In this document: piece by piece, positions 26,101-36,896 of the stretch
How the letters are laid out: every line of letters begins with the position of its first letter
Numbering within the stretch: the stretch's first letter is position 1
Origin: Tubulanus polymorphus
Lineage: Eukaryota; Animalia; Nemertea
Direction: 5' to 3'
NCBI RefSeq assembly: GCF_964204645.1
Contig: NC_134034.1
Coordinates: 7,352,914 to 7,416,913 of the forward strand
Length of the DNA stretch: 64,000 nt
Made by a program: the position numbers and the translations under genes
Notes under the pieces: model-generated
What the model was told of the DNA's origin: nothing
Seen by the model: only the letters and a program-made list of their open reading frames with translations
Database searches by the model: none

Positions 26101-26446
26101 GCGACAAAACCAAAATATTGAATTGTTGCGGGCGACAAAACCAAACTAATGAATTGTTGCGGGCGATAAAACCAAAATAATGAATTGTCGCGGGCGATAA
26201 AACCGCGACAAAAAAAAAAAATTGTCGCGGGCAATAAAACCAAAATAATGAATTGTCGCGTGCGACAAAACCAAAATAATGAATTGTCGCGGGCGATAAA
26301 ACCAAAATAATGAATTGTCGCGGGCGATAAAACCAAAATATTGAATTGTCGCGGGTGACAAAACCAAATTAATGAATTGTCGCGGGCGATAAAATCAAAA
26401 TAATGAGTTGTCGCGGGCGATAAAACCGAAATAATGTTTTGTCGCG
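23146..26446. repeat. 31-bp satellite, main block (about 105 units) with higher-order duplications
   Basis: Same unit; variant blocks recur at offsets 483 and 1769. Confidence 0.97.
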
Positions 26447-26544
26447 TTATTTCAGTTTTGTGGTTTTGTCATAATGTCGCCCTCATTTGCATATACGTGT
26501 TTTTTTTTACACATGGCCCTTATCAGCCACCATACTAAAGCCTT

Positions 26545-26891
26545 AAGGTCGCGTAAAACTCGATAAACACTTCAAGCGACACAGCGAACGATCTCCTTTC
26601 CCCTACAGCGAACGCTTAACCTAGTAGAGGCTACTAGCCTATGTAGGCCTATGTATATGCGTAGGCCTAACATCCGGACAGATTGGTCGTAGGCCTATTG
26701 AATTTAACAACCCACCTAAATATCGTAAATTTTGTTTTGAAGTTCAATCCAATGAGTCCGTTAATAAACGCAACAATTGTACTGTGTTTGTTTGATACAG
26801 TAAAGCTCAGTACCGCCTAAAGCCGCGTCAAACTCGATAAACACTTCAAGCGACACAGCGAACGATCCCTTTCCCCCACAGCGAACGCTTA
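26545..26891. repeat. Two direct repeats of about 72 bp
   Basis: AAACTCGATAAACACTTCAAGCGACACAGCGAACGATC.. at about 26555 and 26830. Confidence 0.85.
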
Positions 26892-28167
26892 CTCCGAATG
26901 TCAAGTGAGTCCAGCATACGGATAGGAGTGTGTTATATACTTGTATTTAGTAAATAACTTGTGCATTTGACAATGATCGGTATGTACTGTAGGAAATATA
27001 GAGTATTGATGGTATTGATATAGAGGTTGAAGCCCGCGGCCGAATAAAGTAATATATTCTTTTATTTTGATACCTCGTCGACATAACAGCTTTTCTCCGC
27101 TATATCTCTTCGGCGTGTTTAGTTTAGGCCTACGATTCCCCGGTACACTAAAGATTTATCTTAGTAAATACACGGTTAATTCGGTGAAGAAAAATAGGTA
27201 TTGTTATACTAACTCCTTGAAACCCGCAGCCAAATCACTGGTAGTAATAAATTAATTTGTACTCGATTTGATTCTCATGATGAGGAGAAACAGGCAGCTG
27301 ATCCCCGGAACGACGATGTAGTAACACACGTCGATTCGTCGATGTTTACGGCTCGACAGTGCTTTTAAAATCTAAAGTAGTAAATTTCCAGTGTATCGGT
27401 AATATGATTTGATGAGGAAAATGGGCTATTGTTAAAATCACTGTTTGAAGACCGCGACTGAATTTGAAGTCTGCGGCAATAAATTAGTTCATTTATACTT
27501 GAATTGATAATCGAAGTGACAGTCGGCCTGCGGGTTGATTTCGGTTTGACGATTCGAAAAACATGTCGCCCCATTGAATGGGGCTAAATTTTCGATGTTT
27601 ACGGCCCGACAGCGCATTTGTAACGATGATTCGTGAAAAAACACGAGGGCTATTTGTAGATCTCAGTGAGCTGAACGATATTATATGGATTGTATATGAA
27701 ACAGTGGTAAGGTAACAAAGCCTATGTTCTTTTGGTAAAAATAGTGTGGAAGAAAATAATAATAATAATAATCACGCGGATATCAATAGGGTTTTCTGTG
27801 AAATAACAGAAAACCCTAATGAATATCTAGAATCCAAAATGACCTTAGTCGTTTTATAAACAACTACAATCATACAGTCAAACATCTGTTACATGTTATT
27901 ATAAGAGAGTGCTTCATTTGAATATTGATCAATCAAACAGGTGTTGCACAACGTTGTTGTTATATTGGATAGCTAGCAGTTACATAATAAGCACGCAGTA
28001 CATACAACACACACAGGCCAGTTAGCCGGCATTGAACTACCACGTTTTCATTGGTTGCTGAAAGCGAGGTTTATTTAAATTAGCTCGGCCGTGACGACAG
28101 GAGGATAGTCATCATTCTCTCTCGTGATTAAAAGGAATATTTCAATGTTTTTACGGTAAGTTTTAGC

Positions 28168-28456
28168 AAAACCACCCGACTTGACTCGCAGAGTTTTTAG
28201 GGGATAAGCATCCCGTTATTGAGAGGCGCCACGAGATACCTATCCCCAAGCATTTCTACTTACACCCCTGTGACCCACGCTTCACCAATTCTCCTTCAAT
28301 GGTTGACAGGAAACACATTATATTAAAGGCGCCTAATGCATTTCCTATCAACCCCTTACCCCCGAAAGGAGGATCGAAAGTCGAAACTGAAGGAGAACCA
28401 CGGAGGGTGGACAAAGGTGCATTTTCGAAATGCCCCTGCAAGCCAAGCCCGGCGGC
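28168..28456 (-). ncRNA. Candidate 289-nt structured Pol III ncRNA (unknown family), copy 2
   Basis: GC-rich island. The 5' and 3' ends pair (19 of 20 bp); internal 20-bp, 17-bp and 14-bp helices are complete only with G-U pairs on the minus strand. Starts at G 31 nt after TATATAA and ends at the first TTTT. Confidence 0.72.
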
Positions 28457-28480
28457 ACTCCAGTGGTTGAATGAATTGCA

Positions 28481-28522
28481 TTATATACTTAGCTAAAACA
28501 CCTAAGTAAATGTTGCTGGTGC
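28481..28522 (-). promoter_or_regulatory. TATA box (28487-28481) and possible PSE-like element near -66
   Basis: Spacing equals that of U6-type Pol III promoters; the PSE match (GCACCAGCAACATTTACT) is weak. Confidence 0.5.
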
Positions 28523-28899
28523 TAAAAAAATATGTGAAATTTGAAATTATAAATTATTCCGAATGAAAAGAATATAAGAATGAAAACTGATAAATGAATT
28601 ATGGATTTTTAACATAATTATGATATAATTTTTAATCAAATTAGTAATCAATTACTATGTTAATTGATTAACAAATTCAAATTCAAATTCAAATATTCAT
28701 TTTAGCATACTCAGTGCTGTCATCTTTAAATTTAAGAAAAAACTAATAATAAGAAACGACTGTAATACAATATTCAAGTAAAAACAAAATAAATTAATAA
28801 AAATAATGAATATCTAGAATCCGAAATGACTTATCTGGACAATTTAATTGCTCCGCATAGATAGACAAAAGTAGTGAGATATTCAATTAATTAAAAAAA

Positions 28900-29280
28900 T
28901 TATTTTTTTTGCTTTTTTCTAACATATTCATCCATTTTCTTTATTATCAATTTTGGAATTTCAGAAGTATTTTCATTTTTAATAGCAGTTATTTCAGGAT
29001 TATTAATATCATGAATTTTATTTGATTTCTTATACCAATTACACCCAATCAAAATGAATACAATTACGAATCCAACTGTAAAATATGAATATTTATCAAA
29101 TATTCTATTATCAGAAGGATTAGAAATAACAATATTTTCACTATTTTTATTAACATTTATATTACTTATTTTTTCTTTTACAGCTTTTTTATATTCTTGT
29201 GATTTAATTCCTAATTGCCGAGACCATTCAATTTGTTTCTGTGATCTCGGTTTTTTCTTCACTTCTTCCACCTCGCTCAT
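28900..29280 (-). CDS. Polinton single-pass membrane protein
   Basis: ORF with TAAATG start and one hydrophobic segment. Confidence 0.7.
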   Translation of the reverse strand: MSEVEEVKKKPRSQKQIEWSRQLGIKSQEYKKAVKEKISNINVNKNSENIVISNPSDNRIFDKYSYFTVGFVIVFILIGCNWYKKSNKIHDINNPEITAIKNENTSEIPKLIIKKMDEYVRKKQKK

Positions 29281-29818
29281 TTATTATAGAAATATTTTTA
29301 CTTTCAATATTTGAAAATGTTATAACCCCAGTTGATAATAATGTCATATATCCACCTAATTGAAATGATAAATATCCAATCCATTTATTTAATTCAGTCA
29401 TAACTAAATAATCATTTTTTAAATCGGAATATAATCTATTTTCATCTTCAATTGGTAGTATATAATTACATAATTTACTATAACCTTTTACTACATTTTC
29501 TGATATCGCGTCATTAATTCTAGCTGTTCTCGCGGCTTCATAAATCTTAAATAATCTAATAATTTCATCTGATTTCATTGTATCTAATTCATTATAAGTT
29601 AAATTTTTACGGACAAAATTTTTACATTTTCCAGATGCTATTAATATTTCTAATTGATGTTTACAGTAAAGATAATATTCATAATTATTATTTGTTGTAA
29701 CATTATTTAAAACACCATCATCTGGAATTAATTTGTTTTCTGTTATTCCTAAATCATCTAAAGTTTTTTCAATTGGAACATCACCATTTTTAGATTTTAT
29801 TTTCTTTTCACCTACCAT
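29228..29818 (-). CDS. Polinton hypothetical protein, 196 aa
   Basis: ORF with T7-GTTATA-TAAATG start context. Confidence 0.7.
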   Translation of the reverse strand: MVGEKKIKSKNGDVPIEKTLDDLGITENKLIPDDGVLNNVTTNNNYEYYLYCKHQLEILIASGKCKNFVRKNLTYNELDTMKSDEIIRLFKIYEAARTARINDAISENVVKGYSKLCNYILPIEDENRLYSDLKNDYLVMTELNKWIGYLSFQLGGYMTLLSTGVITFSNIESKNISIINERGGRSEEKTEITETN

Positions 29819-29849
29819 TTATATAACAAAAAAATTATTTGTGATGTTG

Positions 29850-30115
29850 CAACTACTAGAATTCAACTAGAATGTAACTAGAATTCAACTAGATTAACAA
29901 GCTAGTTGAAATATTGTTATTTTTGTTTATTTCTTGTTAAATCTAGTTGATTTTTGTTCCAACTACCAATAACTAGAATTCAACTAGAATGTAACTAGAA
30001 TTAAACTAGATTAACAAGCTAGTTACAATATTGTTAAATTCTAGTTGAATTCTAGTTACAACTACCAATAACTAGAATTGTAACTAAATATGTAATTGAT
30101 TAACAAACTAATTGA
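29850..30115. repeat. Degenerate 11-bp repeats (AACTAGAATTC) in both orientations
   Basis: Visible directly; includes a duplicated block of about 55 bp. Confidence 0.85.
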
Positions 30116-30165
30116 ATTTAAATAAATTCATATTTAAATGGGTGTTGTAATCTAAATAGTAATTT

Positions 30166-30726
30166 TTATCTTTTAATATTTTTCAACTTATCCATATATT
30201 CATTATGTAAATCATGTGGAATAATATCATTTTCCTCAAGTGCATTTTTCATCGATTTTCTATCTTTATTGTAGAAAAAAACTAGAAATCTAATGTTTTC
30301 TCTAAAGTCTTTAACAATTGAATTATATTTTTGATTTAAAACCCAAGTTGTTATCCCAAAATGTCTCCCGGAGAAAGCTAAATAACATAACTCACTTTCT
30401 CTAACTTTTGAATCATGTAAATTTGCACAATCATCTATGATAAATAATGTATTTGATCCTTTATAAATATCAATTGCTATTTTTATACAATTATCTAAAT
30501 TTTCTTTTACTGTTTTAGGATCTAATATAATAAATTTATTATTTCTAGTAATATTTCGATCATAAGTTTGATTAAATTCATATGTTGGACAAAATAATAC
30601 TATATTATCAAAATAGTTTTTATAAACAGTTTCTAATAAATTTAATATAAAATAAGTTTTTCCACAATTTGTTACACCAGAAATTAACATATTATGAGGC
30701 TTAAATATGAATAATTCCTTATTCAT
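30166..30726 (-). CDS. A32/FtsK-HerA-like DNA packaging ATPase
   Basis: GVTNCGKT, LFIIDD, SGRH, VLNQ. Confidence 0.92.
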   Translation of the reverse strand: MNKELFIFKPHNMLISGVTNCGKTYFILNLLETVYKNYFDNIVLFCPTYEFNQTYDRNITRNNKFIILDPKTVKENLDNCIKIAIDIYKGSNTLFIIDDCANLHDSKVRESELCYLAFSGRHFGITTWVLNQKYNSIVKDFRENIRFLVFFYNKDRKSMKNALEENDIIPHDLHNEYMDKLKNIKR

Positions 30727-31853
30727 TTATATATTTTTAATTTTACTTGATAATATCCATTTATTGAATTTATTTGGCCATCCAACCCATTTTACTAAAG
30801 AATATTTTTTCTTTTAATAGTTTTTGTTTTTAATACTTTTTCAATTTTATATTCTTGTTCTAGATTTTCAGTAGTTAAACTTAATTCTTCTTCGTAAAAG
30901 TAGCCATCAACTTCTTCACCATCTAAATCTTCTAATTTATAGACATATGGTTTTGTTGTTATTACCTTTTTTATTTTATATATTTCTCTAGTAAAATTTC
31001 GATCGTATCCTTTATCAAATATCTTTTTATACTTAGAAATTCTAACATTTTGACCAACTTTAAATTTAGGTTCACCAAAATCATCTACAAGAAATACTCC
31101 ATATAAATTATTCCAAACAATTTCAGCATTTTCAGGTTTTCTAGCATCAATAGGTTTCATTCCAATAGAAGAATGATAAGAATTATTATAACCTTCTATC
31201 AATTTTGGTAAAACATCAATCCATTTTAAAGTATTATTTGCTGTAAAATATTTCCACATTCTTGTTCTTAATGTTCTATTAAATCGTTCAACAACTGCTG
31301 CTTTTTTATCTGATTTTGTTGAAAAATATTTAATATTATGATTATCTAAGAGCTCATGAACAAGTGAATTATCAAACTCTTTTCCATCATCAAATTGTAT
31401 TTTTTCTGGTTTTAGTTTATCATCCGAAAGAAATTTTCTTAAAACATTTGATGTTTGTACAGCATCTTTTCTATAAAGTGGGAAGCTCCATACATAACGA
31501 CTAAAAATATCAATTATATTCAATAACCACCAATAATCATCATTATCTTTCGTAACATTTTTCATATCAATTAAATCTCCTTGCCACTGTTGATCTACAT
31601 AACTTACCATAGTTTTACGAGTTTTATATTTTCTAACAATTTTTTTATGTGTTGTGTATGTTGGTTGTTCTAACATAAATTCATTTATATCTTTATATTT
31701 AACTAAATTGTGTGGGATTATCTTATCTAATTTATCTTGTTTTACTTTACACCATATATTTTTAGTAGAAGGATAAGCAACCGAACTCTCAGGGTTGTAA
31801 TATAAATTTCTTAAATATTGTTCTTTAGTATTAGGAGTTTTTTTACCTCCCAT
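30727..31853 (-). CDS. Retroviral-type (rve) integrase with C-terminal chromodomain
   Basis: DDE residues in WQGDLID, QFDDGKEF and VERFNRTL; the chromodomain LVKWVGWPNKFNKWI follows a frameshift in an A-run near 30810. Confidence 0.93.
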
Positions 31854-31883
31854 TTATATATCGTTAATTTTAACTTTATATTT

Positions 31884-33131
31884 CTAATATTGAATACTAT
31901 CTAACTGTGAATTTACAATATTTAATTGTGCGTCAGATATAATATAAATGTGCATTTTGAAATTTTTGTCTCCTTTTTTCTTTTTCATGAATAATCGTAT
32001 TCCATCTTTAGTGTTTTGTAATTTCTTCCCAGAACCATGTAATGAATTATCCTCTGTTGTTCTAAAATCTAACCATAATGCATATTTATTACCGGTATAA
32101 TAATCAATTTGATTAATATTACAATTTTCAAATGATTTTACTTTTTCATTCATAAAATGTTTTCTAATTTCTGGCCATTGATCAATCATTCTCATTCCTT
32201 GACAAAATATTTTATTTGCTATTCCTTCGATAGTTATTTCAACTTTTGTTATTTCAGGATTATAATAATTATCTACCTTTATTGGACCATTAGAATATGT
32301 TGCAATGGTAAAAAATATTAATATACCTTTAATAGATCTTCTTGGGAAGTTAATATTCTCATTAATTATTTCATCATTTGCATTAATAGTTACAGTTTTA
32401 AATTTATCAATATAATCATATAATAATGAAAATCCTTGATTGTATTCAGTTTGAATTGTGCTAGCAATATTTTCATTAGTTACTGTGTTATATTCTAAAC
32501 ATATATTCGATAATTTATAACCCATATCTTTAACAACGCTAGATAATAAAATTTCATTTACAGGAGCAAATGTTATCTCAAATATAATATCTTCTTGAAT
32601 TGCATATTTATATAAAGGTGCATTGTTATTTATCAATTCAAAGTCTAATGGAATTTTATATTTGCTTCCATAAATCTTTTTAATCAAATTATCTGAGGCA
32701 CGAGTTACTATTGCGTCATTAGCTCCTGATCTTAATTTATTATGGTTTTCCGATTGAATACCCTGAAATATCATATTATTTCTATTTTCTTTAGTTAACC
32801 ATAAATCTTTATAATGCATAAATAAATTATAATCATCTAATGAGAAAACTGTTTCTGGACCAAACTTTATAATTAATTTTTTAATCAAATATCTCCCAAC
32901 ATTATCGACAACATAATTATTATCATGACCAGTTACTTTTATATCGGCTGATAAATAAATACTGTTTGGAACATAAAAAGTATTTTGTGTTAATCTAGGA
33001 ATTCTAACATATAAAGTTTCATCGGGATTAATATTTGAAGGGTTATGAGTAATTATATGATGTGATCTTTCTGCTTTAATAGCATTAGATATTCTAGAAA
33101 TCTTAGAGGGACTTATATAACTCCCACTCAT
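31884..33131 (-). CDS. Major capsid protein (double jelly-roll, inferred), 415 aa, intact
   Basis: Size, beta-strand-rich pattern, position beside integrase and ATPase, and strong conservation with element A. Confidence 0.75.
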   Translation of the reverse strand: MSGSYISPSKISRISNAIKAERSHHIITHNPSNINPDETLYVRIPRLTQNTFYVPNSIYLSADIKVTGHDNNYVVDNVGRYLIKKLIIKFGPETVFSLDDYNLFMHYKDLWLTKENRNNMIFQGIQSENHNKLRSGANDAIVTRASDNLIKKIYGSKYKIPLDFELINNNAPLYKYAIQEDIIFEITFAPVNEILLSSVVKDMGYKLSNICLEYNTVTNENIASTIQTEYNQGFSLLYDYIDKFKTVTINANDEIINENINFPRRSIKGILIFFTIATYSNGPIKVDNYYNPEITKVEITIEGIANKIFCQGMRMIDQWPEIRKHFMNEKVKSFENCNINQIDYYTGNKYALWLDFRTTEDNSLHGSGKKLQNTKDGIRLFMKKKKGDKNFKMHIYIISDAQLNIVNSQLDSIQY

Positions 33132-33151
33132 TTATTTAACAAAAAAATTAA

Positions 33152-34583
33152 TTATTTATTTTTGATCATGTTTACTAAACCAAAAATAATAGCACTTACA
33201 ACTGTAATTAAAAATAAAATAATATGTTCAGCAGCAAAGTTAAGAATATTCCCAGCAGATTTCAATATAAAACCAACAATTGATGCAATAACTCCTGGCA
33301 ATGCTGCAGCAGATTTTTTAGATAGTTCCCATAAATATTTTGCTAATTTCTTTAAACCATCTTTAACTTTATCTTGTATAGAATTATTATCATTCGGGGG
33401 TTTATCCGGTTTATTGGGAGTAGGAGTAGATTTCAAAGCATTTGATATTGCTAAACCAATTGTTGTAAATAACATAGTTACAGCTGTTAGAATTGAAAGA
33501 ATTGTTATTCCTTCTAATTTAAATAATAATCTTATTCTGTCTTTTAAATATTTCAGAATTTGGTTTAATCAACAAATCTTTAAAAATAACTTTTAATCTA
33601 TTAATATTATAATCATATGATTTTAACAATAATTTAATTTCTTCTTTTTGTAATTCTATGTTATATTCTAAATCATCTTTTTCTTTTTCTAAACGTAATT
33701 CTTTTTGCCTATATTCTATTTCATCAATTACTTGATGATCTAAATCAGACTTTAATTGTTCTATTTCTTTATTTTTATCAGTTAATTCTTTTTCTAAAGT
33801 TCTAATTTTAAAATCTCTTATACTTTTATCATGCGCAATTTTATTAGATGCATTTCTTATACTAATAATTTCTCTAATTGCTTTATCAGAAAATATATCT
33901 AAATCTTCTAATTCTTGATTTGTTGCATCAATTAATCCATTCGGTAAAAGTTTTTCAATTGGAACTTTATTTGATTTAAGTTTACTATTTTTGGAAGTTA
34001 TATTCTGTTCAGAAGTTGTTTCTGTTTCTGATTTCTTTTTGATTATTTCAAACAATTCATTAATTCTTTGTTTAAATACATCTATATTATCATCTATTTC
34101 TTTTTGTGTAACATCAGTTATTTCATTACTATTACTTATTATTTTAATTCTATCTGGTTTTAATTTTTCTAAAGTTGATTCTGATAATATTTTATTTTTA
34201 TTATTTTTATAAGTGATATCAATATAATAATCACCTTTCAAACGATAATAACATTTACCATTATCTAAAAATTTTAATTGATCTGCTAAAAGTCCAACGT
34301 CTTCATCATTTATGTTAAGTTTAGATTTTTCAATTAAATCTTCTAATTTAGGTATTTTGTTTAAATTATCTAAATCTTGTTTTACTAAATCTGGGTCTAA
34401 ATTTTCAGGATTTAATTGTGATTCAGCATTTTTAATATAATCAGGCATATTTAAATTATTATTATATTCTGGCTCATTACCATCATTAAAACTTGTTTCA
34501 TCAAAATCAGGTGGTTGTTCATCAGTTATACCAGGTTCATCAAAATTATCCATTCCAATATCTTCTCCACCTTCTACATCCAT
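33152..34583 (-). pseudogene. Acidic/coiled-coil protein with C-terminal transmembrane segments, frameshift near 33550
   Basis: The 354-aa and 107-aa ORFs align with 13107-14567. Confidence 0.75.
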
Positions 34584-34599
34584 TTATATAATAAAAAAA

Positions 34600-35979
34600 T
34601 TAAAATTTAAAATATAATATTCCTCCAATTACAATTCCTATACAAGTTATAGCTAATTTAGTATTTTCATGGGATCTATTATCATTATCAGTTTTAATTA
34701 TATCATGTTGAATATTATCAGTTCTTATATCTTCTGATGTATTGTAATCTTTTATTTTAGAATCATTATTTAATTTAATATTCTTAGTTTTAGTTTCAGT
34801 TGATTAAATGTGTTTTTTATTTTTTTCACCTTCCATTAATTTTGGAGCAGTGATAATCTTTTTATTTATATCATTCAATCCAAATGAATTATTTATTGTT
34901 GCAGTTTTAATTAGATTATTATAACCAATTATTTTTCCCATCTTTAATACTAAATCATTAGAAATAATAAATAGATTAGGACCTATACAATAATTTAATC
35001 TAATATGTGATTTATCTAAATAATTTTGATATCTTACAATGTTTTCTGGAATCGATCTATTTTTATCATTATGTATGGAATCTTCAAATAAAACTTTAAA
35101 TTGTTTTTGTGTATCGAATGATGTATTCAAATTTCCAATTATCGGCGATCTTGTTTCAACTTGCGCACCTAAAATACATATCAAATAAGTTCTAATAGAT
35201 GGATTTATTCTTTGTATTCCGGCTTTAGTAAAACCTTCATTATTTTCTAAAATGAAATAAACCCAACCATTATTGTTTTCTTGTTTTAAATTATCATAAA
35301 ATTTCGGTAATTTATTGAAATTTAATGTTTCTAAATCCTTAGTTTCTATTTTACTTTTATTATTATAGATATTATAAAAACTATTAGATGGTATGGGAAG
35401 TGCACAATATTCTGCAATCTTTTTAGGGCAAGGAAGTGATCTTATTGTTCCAATTTTTGTTCTAAAATCAGAATCATTTATATCTATATTAAATTCATTA
35501 CAAATTTTATAAAACTTTGATAAATTAATATTATTATCTAATTCTTTAAAATATCTTGATCCTGGTAATGCACACTCTAATTCATTTAATATTATTCTGA
35601 TTTGAAAGTATGTATGAAATCTAAATAAACTTTGAATTAATTTATATTTAGAATTATTCAAATGATCATTCCAACTAATTCCACAACCTGTTGTTGCACA
35701 ATAAACAGCAAAATTTAATTGATTCTGCCAATACTTCATATTAGATTTTAATAACCATTGTTTTTCATCTTTCAATTTTTTAAAATCAATTAAATATACA
35801 TGAAATATATTTTCCATCTTTGCATTAAAATTATTAGTTTCAGTAACATAAATTTCTAAATTAGTTAATGAATCTAAAACTTCATTTCTATATGTAATAT
35901 CTTTATTAAAATCTATTGCAGGAATATTATATTTAATTGATTTATTATATTGGAAAGCTTTTGGAAAACTATCTACCAT
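34600..35979 (-). pseudogene. Polinton conserved hypothetical protein, premature TAA at 34804
   Basis: Homolog of 11675-13090; the frame continues to the hydrophobic tail. Confidence 0.75.
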
Positions 35980-35995
35980 TTATTTAATAAAAAAA

Positions 35996-36430
35996 TTAAT
36001 AATTTATTAATTCTTTTAATAATTTATCTTGTTCTTCAACTGTTATATGACCATTTAAACTTATTATATAATCTAGTGTGTTCTTTAATTTATTAATTTC
36101 TTTTATATTAGTTTTAATTTTTTCTTTATTACTTTTTATATTTAATTTTGAACTTATACCAGTTAAAACACTTGAACTTAATCCTAACACACCAATTGAT
36201 ATAGCTAAAGGTGTTAATGGGCTGAATATTGCTAAAAATGTTATTACAGAACTAATTGTAACCGAACCACTTATAATCAAATAATATATAATTTTACTTT
36301 TTAAATTTTTTTTCTTTTTTATCTTTAAGTCACTTTCAAATTCTAATATTTGTTTTTCTAAATATATTTTTAATTTAGTTTTATTTATATCATGAGGAAA
36401 AATATCAATACTATCAACTTTATCTTCCAT
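35996..36430 (-). CDS. Two-TM Polinton protein, 144 aa
   Basis: Homolog of 11230-11658. Confidence 0.78.
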   Translation of the reverse strand: MEDKVDSIDIFPHDINKTKLKIYLEKQILEFESDLKIKKKKNLKSKIIYYLIISGSVTISSVITFLAIFSPLTPLAISIGVLGLSSSVLTGISSKLNIKSNKEKIKTNIKEINKLKNTLDYIISLNGHITVEEQDKLLKELINY

Positions 36431-36449
36431 TTATTTAGAAAAAAAATTA

Positions 36450-36872
36450 CTAATTAGTAAACTTATAAGCAACAAATATAACAATAACAGTTCCACCTAA
36501 AATCCAAAGTATTTCATATTTCTTCTGTTCTTTACTTGGGGTATGATAATCTGATAATTTAGGTTTGTATAGATGTAATTTTTCTTTATTGGTTACCGCG
36601 TTATATAAACTCATTGCATCATCAACTGATTGAAAATCTCTATGTGAAATCTTCTGATCATATAATTCTTTGTTAATATAATCCATATAGTTTTGCCTCT
36701 TTTCTCTATATTCTTCTGCTGCTTTATTGTATTTCTCTAATGCTAAGTTATGTCTTCTTTGTTCTCCTAATGACCTATTTTTATCAATATGTTTAAATAA
36801 ATATCCACCACCAGTAAATGCCAAAGCGTTAACAATTGCCGATCCTATAATAGTTATAATTGCAGAAGCCAT
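36450..36872 (-). CDS. Polinton conserved membrane-associated protein, 140 aa
   Basis: Homolog of 10785-11207. Confidence 0.8.
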   Translation of the reverse strand: MASAIITIIGSAIVNALAFTGGGYLFKHIDKNRSLGEQRRHNLALEKYNKAAEEYREKRQNYMDYINKELYDQKISHRDFQSVDDAMSLYNAVTNKEKLHLYKPKLSDYHTPSKEQKKYEILWILGGTVIVIFVAYKFTN

Positions 36873-36896
36873 TTATTTAGTAAAATAATTACGCAT

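Larger units (their letters stand above)
21069..27819 (+). mobile_element. 6.75-kb non-autonomous insertion in element B, CryptonV-like ends
   Basis: Begins ATATAGCTGCAAAGCAGCG and ends with (AAT)n plus a perfect 13-bp hairpin (27787-27818). Removing it restores AATAAAAATAATGAATATCTAGAATCC, as seen at 28796. Confidence 0.65.

Noticed and set aside
22994-26367. Numerous ORFs of up to 334 aa
   Set aside because: Translations of the stop-poor satellite strand in all three frames.
21436-26446. CRISPR array (31-bp palindromic repeat)
   Set aside because: Units are head-to-tail with no unique spacers and no cas genes, in a eukaryotic context.
28168-28456. Known RNAs: 7SL, 7SK, RNase P/MRP, telomerase RNA, hammerhead or HDV ribozyme
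   Set aside because: Only superficial matches (GCCGGGC near the 5' end, one CCCUAA, CUGAAGG instead of CUGANGA). The diagnostic cores were not found by eye; an Rfam search is still needed.
28256-28496. 61-aa and 65-aa ORFs over the GC-rich island (also 18536-18776)
   Set aside because: No TAAATG context and no protein motifs; the G-U-biased helices explain the region better.
28870-28880. AGTAGT as a Polinton terminus
   Set aside because: No inverted partner or TSD; the true ends at 20294 and 44797 have both.
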